A DNA stretch of 42,164 nucleotides from Licmophora abbreviata (lineage: Eukaryota): assembly GCA_900291995.1 (NCBI GenBank), contig OLMU01003016.1:1-42164 (forward strand), in the 5' to 3' direction. The notes below the pieces were generated by a model. The model saw only the letters and a list, made by a program, of their open reading frames with translations, did no database searches and had not been told where the DNA came from. A program made the translations under genes and the position numbers. Of the stretch, positions 1 through 9,618 are shown in pieces. Position 1 is the stretch's first letter. Each line of letters begins with the position of its first letter.

Positions 1-1264
1 GTCGTTGCAACATTCGAGCTCTTCAGTGTGTCGTCCATAGTACCAGACGATGCTCCCAGTACATTGATCACTGAGCAGTACAAGACGTGGATAAAAAGGC
101 GTGAGATTGGTTCCATCTTCCGCGACAGGAGCCAGTGACGAGCCGCTTAAGAGTACGTACTGGCAGCAGCTTCGACAATCATTGCGCATGATCCGAGTGG
201 AAGACCGCACACTCCTCTCAGGTGGTTCTCAAACTGGCTCACAGAGCACGCGTCCTGTGTATAATGCCCCGTATTGTGTGGCCGTGGTGCGATCTCGTTT
301 AGAAGGACCCTGCCACCCTTTGTCACAAACAGCTCCACCCCGAACATACCAGACGCCCCGGATCCCAACGAATCTACTGCTTGTTTGGCGACTTTTTCGC
401 ACTCTACACGCACTGTCGCCGGAACGTCTCTGGCAGGCGCCAGAACTACTCGACAAACAGAATCTTCCTGAATGGCATTGACCGCCGGATATGTTGCTGT
501 ATCTCTGTCATTGCTTGATCTGACAACCATGACGGCCACTTCTCCTTGAAAATCAATCCATCCTTCGGCATACAGATCCAGGTCCAACGTCGCGTCCCCA
601 CATCCCAGCTTGGAAAGAGCGTCTACGATCGCAGACTCATCAGTCGACTTTAGCACAGCATTGCCTCTGCCATCGTAACCCCCCTTGCGTGACTTGAGCA
701 TCAAAGGCAGTCCGAGACTCGAAGCCGCTTGTTGGATCTCGACGACGGATGAGGTGACCATGAACGGAGGCAGCGGGATCCCCCTGGAGGCAAAGTGTTG
801 CTACACATCATAGCGGAAGAAGTGTATAAGCTTTGTCGGAATTCGATCAATAGAAGAACCGACGCTTCTCGCAAAGACGTTCAACCAAGTCGGCCTTGAC
901 TTACCTTTTGCAGATACTTGTCGCGGATGACGCCGAGCACGCGACTGCTCGGCTGCACATTGACGCCTTCTTTCTCCAGCAGTGCCAGAGTCTCGACACC
1001 TACATGTTCAATTTCGACTGTCACTACGTCGCAATCCTGCGCCAATGCGCGTATCGAGGCCTCGTCTTTAAGCGAGCCCTTCAAGATGCAGTCAGTCGGA
1101 ACGACTTGGGCTGCGGGACATGCATCACCTCCCGGGTCCAGAAACTTCATACGAATTCCAAGGCGCGGGGCTTCCAATGCCATCATTCGTCCAAGCTGGC
1201 CACCACCCACGCATCCGACGCGCAGCGGGGATGAAGTCAGCAAAGATTGCGTCGACGATGCCAT
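1..1264 (-). CDS. purK: Phosphoribosylaminoimidazole (AIR) carboxylase, PurK/ATP-grasp part (ADE2-like); runs off the window start. Exons 1264-905, 800-161, 70-<1
   Basis: PurK motifs VGGGQLGRMM, DVVTVEIEHV, KSRKGGYDGRGN, GMFGVELF, NEIAPRPHNTGHYT, SQFENHLR. GT-AG introns 904-801 and 160-71 join the ORFs in frame (YLQK|QHFASRG; AAA-M|INVLG). Confidence 0.92.
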
Positions 1265-1517
1265 GGTGGTGCTGTTTGATTCTGCGGACAAAAGCAAAAA
1301 AGTGATCGCATGAAGATGTGAATTGATGTGCGGCTGTGAACCTCGTTTCAACTACATTTTGAAACTCCTGATTCCGCCTGATAAACCCGGAAGAGTCTGT
1401 GTTTGAATGAGGTTTCACGCCGTGATGAGCATGCGAAAGATAGTTGCAAAACCGCCCCCTAAGTTATCCTGTACGGAGAACTATTGTAACAAAATCTGGA
1501 GCCCTCCTATCCGTACA

Positions 1518-4500
1518 CTAGAGCATTGCCTTCGCTTTCTTCACCATGAACAGATCGGACTGGTCGTCGCTGTCATCGAACACAACATAATAGAGAAGCG
1601 ACCGACATTTTTCCAAAAGCTCATCCTTCGGCTGTTCCCCGTCTTCTCTTCGATTTGCCAGTCTCCAGCAAATCTCGCCCACTAGCAAGTTCCCTTTGCG
1701 CCTCAGATCGAATGGAAAATGTCCAATCTCGTCCTTTAGGACCCATTCCTCCATCTCGTCGAGAAGTTCGTCGTCATACTTCTCACTGTCCTCCATCACG
1801 ACAATTTCGAGTAGATACACTAGCGGGTTGTACAGAGGGAGCCATGTCGGTACCTTTGACGAAAGCTCGTGATATGGATCTCGGTAAGGGTTGATCACGT
1901 AGTCCTTCAGTATCGCGTCGGCTGTAGCCGACTTTCCCATCGACTTCATTGCCATGAGAATGGGGAACAACGTCTCCAGCCTTGAGTCAATATCTTCATC
2001 TTGTAAATGAGGAAAGATTGTATTGAGAATATTACCAGCCTGCTCTTGTGCCTTGGTAGTGTCACCAACAACGCAGTACCACTGAACGCTGTCAGCCAAG
2101 CACTGCAGAGCAAAGTCTCGACCGTACTCGTCGGACAGCTCCGCCGAGACAGCCTGAAAGTTGTAGTAATCCTTGAGGGCATCCATTGAGCTCAAGGCTC
2201 TTTCAAACTGTCCTATTCGAGCGAAAAAAGTAGCCTCCATAGAGAGGGCTCGGCAAATGTGAACCGGGTTGCCGTCACGTCTCGCTGCCGCGACGAAGTG
2301 TTTGAGGTATGCCTCGAGCGTCACTAGGGCACTCTCCGCGTACACCATTCGTTCAAAGCATATCGAGCACAATCCAGATACGATAGGAAGCATCAAGGAT
2401 TTGTTTTGCTCGGCTGCAGCTTCGGATGTTGTCACGATCTGAAAGAGGAGACAGGAATACAGCAGTTAACCACCCGTTCGTCTTTAACGTTAACAAGGAA
2501 GGACAACATGTGCAGCCACGATCACAACTCACCTTAAAGGCGTCCTTGAATGTGTCTTCGCTCTCTCCCTGACGCCCAAGTAGAAACAGACATCTTCCAA
2601 TGCGTATGTGAAGACGTAGAATTAGATCAAGAGCGACTGGGGTCGCACAGGCGAGGACCCATGTATAGTCTTCGTTGGAGTCTTGATCATGTCGCCCGTG
2701 AACAACCGTTGCATTTTCGTAGCACATGTTCAGCGAATCTTGATAGAGATTCAAGCTCTGGTCGAGGAGATCCCAATCTTCGAGGCGGAGGCCGACCGTC
2801 AGAGACAGCGGTGCAGCTTTGCAGAACTCGCCACACACCTTCCAGTGATCAAACAAAGTAAGAACGCGTGCGATATCACTGCTCTCGGTCATTTTAATCT
2901 GTTCATTCTCCATAGACTGCGCAATCAAGCGGTGTAGCTCGATTCTCCTCTCTTTCAACATCTTGTTGAGCACGCTGCTCCGCCACATAGCGTGACTAAA
3001 TTGAAAACACCTGTCTTCAGGACTATATATTGCCGCACGGGAGCCACCACCCGCGCTCATGCCAAGATCAGAAAGAAGAGATAGATCGTCCTCGTCATCG
3101 TCAAATATGTCTTCGACAAGGATGAGTTCGTCGACAGCGGCTTCCAGGGCCTGCTCTATCTCCAGCTGCACCAACTCGGGATGGACACGAACTACTTCAA
3201 CGTAAGTGAAAGTCTCACCAAGAACGGCGCAAGTCTGAAGTACCTCACGGACCGATCTATCGAGCGAGTCAAACCTATTCAGAAACGACTCTTCAATCAC
3301 TGCGACGCTATTTGCTCCGAGTCGACACTAGCGAAATGTATTCATTGTCAGCTGGATCAGAAATTGCAAGAAAATAGCAAATAACGATTCAAATCAGCGA
3401 GCTTACCTGTTCGTTTCGAGCTGCATCTGTCCACTGGAGTATCCCTGTCTCATCCAAGGACACTGTCTTGTCTCTTTTGATATTCTCAAGAAATTGAACG
3501 GTGTAAATTGGAACACCACCGGTCTTGTTATACACATCTGTGCACAAATTTTCGTCTATGGCAGATTCCCCATATCCAAGGACTCTGCCGATGAGTTCTT
3601 TCACTTCCGACAGATCAAGTGGTCCAAGTGACACCTCGATAATCCTGGACTGCATCTGTCCGTGCCAAACTTGAACAGATGACATTCGCCGAAACGCTTG
3701 TTTGTCGTGCGAGCGCATAGCACAAATGAGAAAAAGGTTGTCCCTTCTTTGGCACAAGGACCGAATGATCTTCCATGACAGCGCATCGATCCATTGGAAG
3801 TCATCGAAGAATACGATAGAAAGGTCAGAAAACTCCGTAACCCGTAGGTAGGCCAGGGTAAGAAAGTCCACTACTTCGTCTACCGTTGGGACATGTCCGT
3901 CGACGTTTGATACTGTTGGGCTTGCACCTTCGACCCTCAGCAACTGCGATCCGACAATGTCGGCATACTCGTGAGGATAGTCTAGCTCTTCACATACCCA
4001 GCAAAGCTTCTCAAAGTAGGGGACAATCACAGACCGAATCGAGTTGGACATGGTCGTGCTACTCGACTGGCTGAATCGACGACTAAGCAGCCGTCTTCGT
4101 GAGAGACCGCGACTACCTAGTCCACGCTGAGACCGTGTTGATGCAAGTGGTGGAGTAAGCCCTCGCTGCGAGCGCTGAGACAACTGTCGACCAGGCATAC
4201 CGGGGCCTCGAACAGATCGCTGCGAACGTTGTGATATCTGTCGGCTAAGCAAACCCGGGCCTCGAACAGACCGCTGCGAGCGTTGTGATACCTGTTGACC
4301 GAGCAAACCTGGGCCTCGAACGGAACGCTGTGATCTGGGAAGTCCTAGAGATCCTCGTTTCTTCCCCTTCCTCGTGTGGAGAGATTGTGCCATCGTACAT
4401 GCAAAAATCTTTAATTGCATTCAACAGTACTTTGCGAAAAGAGCTGCAGAAAAAGAAATGACAATTAAGATGCAGAAATCGTGGAGATGCATAGCGAGCT

Positions 4501-7500
4501 GAAAGAGAGACTTACCTCAAAGGTATTCTTTGTTCAGTTTCCGTGCTTGAAGACCGCGATACAGCCACTTTCTTTTTTCGTAAGATGCACAACTGCCGAA
4601 TGTCTTCACATGCCTTGAAGCCTACGACCGTTTTGCCCATGCCGGATTCACCGACAACGAAAGCCATCGCGGTCTCAGATTGAGCAGTTGCGTCGACAAT
4701 CGATGTCGCAACCTGAACCAGATCCTGCACTTCCTTCGTTCGACCTACGAAGGAAGGGGGGCCTCCACGCCGCTTGTTGAGAGAAACAGCATGGAGAGGC
4801 TCGACAATAGTCACTGGCCTCTCGTAGCCTTTCGCTCGCACTGGTGGGAGCATCCGAAATGCAAATCGAGCACCAGCCTGTGCCTGCACGGCTTCGTCCA
4901 CCAGTATCCCCGTATTTGTCGCGGAGTACATCAATCGAGCAGCAAGATTGACTGGAGCGCCCATCACGGAGAATTCATGTCGCCGAATCCCTCCGATTAC
5001 ACCACAGTAGACTTTTCCGAAGGTAGCTCCAATTCTACTGTCTATCCCAAGTTCAGTCTTGAGGGAAGTGCGGATAGAAAAGGTGGCGGGAAGGGCGCTA
5101 TTCGGAACCCTGTGTTGAAAATGCAATAAAGGTCACACATTGGAATGAGATGGAAAGCAACAAATAACGAAAAGTTGATGGGTCACTTACATGTTTGGAA
5201 ACGTTGAACCCCGTAGACCAAAGGTACCAATCAGCACAACACCTGTGACAAGAAGCGAACGAGCATGTTAGCATTACACTTCATTGCAAAGGCTACAGTG
5301 TCCAACAACGCCCTATTCTGACCTTTGTCGTCAATAATGAACTGTCGCAAATGCCCACTGTACCGTTGCAGTTCGCGGCACACCACATGCATGATACTTC
5401 CCAAAGTATGATACAAACGCTGGTCAACGCCGTCATCGTCACTCAGCTTGGGTGATACAAGCGCTTTGACGAACAGAGTGTAAACAGACCTCAACTCAGC
5501 TTCCGCGATCTGTCTGCTCTGTGACGCATGTCGAGAGGCGACTTTCCCATGATGAGACGTAGACGAAGAAAGCTCGTCCCCACGCACTACGGGATGAACA
5601 TAGAGGGCCAGTTGTGTATGAAGACGCGCAAGAACACTCCGATCAACACCAGAACAGTGTTTGTGAAGGGCGTCGTGTATGGTGAACTGAGTCTCTTGCA
5701 TCTCCTCACGGCCGCTCGTAATGGGAGGATGACTCGAGCTCAACGATGACACTTCACGCGATGCTATACACACTGGACCACTTGACGATAAGATTTCGAC
5801 GGATAGATCGCACTGTTTTCCCAGCTCTTTTACAGCTTCAGGAGAGGCGAGCACCTGCCCATCTGAGGCTGCCTCCGCTGCAAGTGACACCTTGAAACAC
5901 GAAAACGATTGCAAGCAACCAGTGAGATCAACAGGAATCTTGCTGCAGAAAGTTAAACGTCTTAAAAACCACTGGATAATGTACACACCTGGTCAATTGG
6001 GCTCCCCAGCAACAGGTACTCCCTCCGCAGCTCAATAGATCCATTTTCCCCTCCTTCTGCATGGTCGCCAACATGCAAGCCCACGACCGAGCCAACCCCG
6101 ACCCCACAATGCACATTCAGCATAGAGTCTTTTCGATCATCCTTATCTCCTCCATACACAACTGGGACATCACGGAGAACTGGAACCTGATAGTCACTGT
6201 ATTGCTCAACGATGGCAGCACCGCACAGCGAGGCCGCCATTGCGCAATCGGCCAAGCTGCGTAGTCCGCTTCGTTCAAGTTTAGAGCGACGAAGGGACCT
6301 TCTAAGACTCTCGAGTGGGTGACTTGCTGGCTCATCAGAATCACCGGCTTCGGTAACTTCTTCTTCCTCCTGTACTCTCCATTCTGCAAAGAAGGCATCA
6401 CCGGCAAACTTTATAATGTCACCATGAAATTTTGAGACTTCCTGAACGATACGATCAAAGTACGTGTTGATGACCTTCGAAAGAGTCTCCACATCCAGAA
6501 GAGTTGAAAGTTTCGTGAAGCCGGTGATATCGACAAATAGAACGGCTGAGTTCCGCTTGATGCTGTATGGGAGACTCATCGTCCTAGCGAGACCCAGCGG
6601 ACTTTCAGTTTCGAACACGGCCTCTTCAAATGATGAGTCGATCGACTCGACCACTCCTCCATCTGCCGATAGAGAACTCATGCTACCATCATCTGAAGTC
6701 GAGGACTCATGCCGTACGATCGATGCTCTTATCTCGGACCTCCACAAGGCAAGTTCATGAAAAGTGAGATCTTCCAACACGGACAAGGGTGTGTGACACG
6801 AGAACCAAGCCAAACTATCGATGAGTTGGTCACGTTGTATTGAAAACACTCTTCGCTTTCGACAGATAGGTGATGTTGTATTAGGAATTTCGTGCAAGGA
6901 TTGGCCGAAGGATGAAAAGTCAGAATCTGCTAACGAACCGAACGAATCTGTGGTACTCAGTCTCTTCGATCGTCCCGCGGAGGAAGAAATGGAATCTCTC
7001 ATGCTTGTGGGAGTACCGGGCAAAGGAGAGCGTGAGAATGAGTTGCGGCGAGATGTCCCAGATGCGAATCTCTCTCGCAGTCGCTGTGTAACGTCAGTCA
7101 TGTCCTTTGCTGGCCGCGACGACAACGACGCTCGTCTACTTTGGGGCGGCGGTGTCTGTGGGGCATGGCAGCTCACGTGCTGGAAATTTCTTCGCTCTGG
7201 CGGCACTTCCAATACGCTCGATTCAAACGTCCCTCCCCAGCTATCGTGAGCGTTTTCCGGGTCGTCAGGATTGTGCTCAATAACGATTGATTTAGGGGGC
7301 AAATCAGAAAGAGCAAGAGATCTGGAGCTACTGGCAGCCTCCCGTCGCAAAGAACGAGCAGGAGAAGACACCTCACATCCCAGAGTATCGCCCGGCGCAA
7401 ATGTTCCCGGTGACGTTCCGGTCTTGCGCTTAGGTGAAAGGGCTGCCAAATCATCGTCGACCTCCTCGGTTTGCGGCCTTCGTTGCTCCAACGCCCCCTC

Positions 7501-7503
7501 CAT
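1518..7503 (-). CDS. Soluble adenylyl cyclase-like (ADCY10 type) protein: two class III cyclase domains + STAND/AAA P-loop ATPase + helical C-terminus. Exons 7503-5989, 5890-5323, 5242-5191, 5109-4516, 4443-3407, 3327-2533, 2438-1518; apparent frameshift near 4350-4375
   Basis: Cyclase 1: VLFVDITGFTKLS and DIIKFAGDAF. Cyclase 2: QFIIDDKGVVLIGTFG, GKVYCGVIG and VMGAPVNLAARLM. Walker A GESGMGKT, Walker B FFDDFQWID, then KTGGVPIY and FQFSHAM. Six GT-AG introns identified. Start codon uncertain (upstream in-frame starts to 7668). Confidence 0.88.
4150..4336 (-). repeat. Coding tandem repeat, 54-nt period (18 aa, RSQRSVRGPGLLxxQxSQ), about 3 copies inside the cyclase gene
   Basis: gggcctcgaac recurs at 4203, 4257 and 4311 (54-nt spacing); the translated units are near-identical. 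Confidence 0.9.
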
Positions 7504-7848
7504 CTTCAATCTCGATGATGCCGTCGGCGCAGTGTATGCGAATGTCATGGGCGAGTTTGATAGAATTATGCTGAAAGTTGCAGTCATAGTCATTTTGATT
7601 TGGTGGTGTTCCGACCCTACGAACTCCGACAATTTGCAGAGCTGCACAAAGAACGAAAACGGAGCCACAACTTATACCCCCCTGATGTCGTACACTGATC
7701 AATTGCAGGGGGAATAAGCATAAGAACGACCAGGTCCGTCACCTTAGACTCGTTACTTTATCGGCGACAAAAAGCTGCAGCCGAAAAGGGGTACGATTGT
7801 GCAGCGCAATAAGCTCTCCTGGTGTGACTAGCTACTCTAGAGATGGAG

Positions 7849-9180
7849 CTAGCTACTACTTGGGCGACAGACGTCCTGTTTGAGCATCGTCTTGTGGATG
7901 TATTTCGCTGTATTCTCGCATTGCGGCACTCCCTCACCTAGAGCATAGCATGCAACCACATTGCGCCATCCTTCTAAATTTCCAAGTTCACCAGCAGTCT
8001 GATACAGTTCGAATGCTCTCTGCTGATCTTGCTTCACACCGATTCCTTGGTGTAGCATAGCACCCGCCGACACGGCAGCGTCAGAGTTTCCTGCTTCCGC
8101 GGCAGACAGAAACGCCGCAAGCGCCCCTGAATAATTCTGCAGATATCCGTCATCTCCATTGTACAAGCAATGCCCTTTCATGAATAGTGCGTCTGCGTCT
8201 CCGGCCTCAGCAGCGGCGTCAAGGCGTTGAACAAACTGTGGGGGAGAACAGGGCTGAACGCCGAGCGCATCATTGCCATTGTAATGGAGCAACGCGAGAT
8301 AATGAAGAGCACCTCCATGGCCAAATCCAGCGGCCTTTTCGATCAGCGCGACGCCTGAGTGAAGACTACCCGCGTTGATGCCTTCCTCGTCGGAAAAAGC
8401 CTGGACGCCCACAAAGTACATCGCGTCGGCGTCGCCAAGGTCGATCGCGCTCTGAAACGCATCCATGGCACCCTTTCTATCTATTCCAAGTACAGAACTT
8501 GTGTCAGCGTTGTCGTCCTCCAGTGAGTATCCTGTCCAACGCAGGTGCCCTAGGTTGAACCATCCTGTCGCCGACCCGGCGTGACCAGCCGATTCGTACA
8601 GGGTGATCGCTCTCTGGACATGTTTGAGTACATCCTGTGCGCCAGAGCTTGTCTTTGCTTTCTCCAAGGATGAATTTCCAAGCCGTACGAGTGCCTCTGG
8701 ATGAGAATATTCAAACGCAGCCTTCTCTAACATCGATTGTGCCTCGTCTTTCAACCCATGTTCTACAGAGTCGTCTGACGCGCGATCGAGTCGTACCTGC
8801 TTGGCAATGGTGCGTACAACAGCCACACCCTCATGTGCGCTACTTTTCCCCTGTTTCGATCTTTCTTGTGCTCGTTTCCACGCCTCAAACTGTTCCGTCG
8901 ACCTCTCTTTCTCTTTTCGTTGCCTTTCCTGTTCCGCTGCCTCGAACGCCGCGAGGGCACGCTTGTAGCACTGTTCGCCCTCCAACTTGCGGCTGTCGTC
9001 TTCGTTTCTTTTCGCAAGCGAATGACCCTCTGTCGAAAAAGATATTTTTGTTTCCCCAAAAGAGAAACGCATTCCTTTGCCGCGACACTCATCCCACCGT
9101 CGAATGCACGCGAACGCGCTGCCAATATTGTTCACTCTTGGTCTCACTGCTCGAGCAACAGCTGGAATAGCTGATCTCAT
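7849..9180 (-). CDS. Sel1-like repeat (SLR/TPR) protein, possible mitochondrial presequence
   Basis: Repeated Sel1 units such as AAEAGDADALFMKGHCLYNG, AAEAGNSDAAVSAGAMLHQGIGVKQDQQRAFELYQTAGELG and ACYALGEGVPQ; Arg-rich, acid-poor N-terminus. Confidence 0.85.
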   Translation of the reverse strand: MRSAIPAVARAVRPRVNNIGSAFACIRRWDECRGKGMRFSFGETKISFSTEGHSLAKRNEDDSRKLEGEQCYKRALAAFEAAEQERQRKEKERSTEQFEAWKRAQERSKQGKSSAHEGVAVVRTIAKQVRLDRASDDSVEHGLKDEAQSMLEKAAFEYSHPEALVRLGNSSLEKAKTSSGAQDVLKHVQRAITLYESAGHAGSATGWFNLGHLRWTGYSLEDDNADTSSVLGIDRKGAMDAFQSAIDLGDADAMYFVGVQAFSDEEGINAGSLHSGVALIEKAAGFGHGGALHYLALLHYNGNDALGVQPCSPPQFVQRLDAAAEAGDADALFMKGHCLYNGDDGYLQNYSGALAAFLSAAEAGNSDAAVSAGAMLHQGIGVKQDQQRAFELYQTAGELGNLEGWRNVVACYALGEGVPQCENTAKYIHKTMLKQDVCRPSSS

Positions 9181-9371
9181 TACGATAAGAGTGAAAACGA
9201 ATGAAAGGGTAAAATAGACTACACTGGGCGGTAGGAGCGCTAGACTAACAAATCATCATTAGCATTGTGACAACACTGATGAGTTGGCCATCTCGTCATC
9301 GTGGCACACGCCGATTGCTCTTGCTTCGCTCTCCACACACTGACTTCTTCGATTTTCAGACTATCCGGGTG

Positions 9372-9379
9372 TGACGTCA
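9372..9379. promoter_or_regulatory. Palindromic TGACGTCA (CRE / bZIP-type site) in the divergent promoter between the Sel1 gene and the secreted protein gene
   Basis: Exact 8-bp palindrome in a non-coding spacer; function not demonstrated. Confidence 0.3.
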
Positions 9380-9618
9380 AAAGACATTAAAAACGACAGC
9401 CGGGTTTGGAGCACACATTTTGTGTGGAGTATGGAGCTTCTTCGACAAACTTAGCTTATGGCCTTCCTAAATGTTCTACACTCTATTGGCCGTTGGTCGA
9501 TGGGGTTTTCTCGCGACCAATTTTCCTCACATTTCTCGCTAAAAGACGAAAGTCTCATCACAACGACGCAGCGACGATGAGCCACAGGTACACCAATTTC
9601 ACAGGTCATCGCTTCAAA

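Noticed and set aside
4150..4336. Regularly spaced repeats as a CRISPR array
   Set aside because: Whole 54-nt units are similar with no unique spacers, they are in-frame coding sequence, the context is eukaryotic and there are no cas genes.
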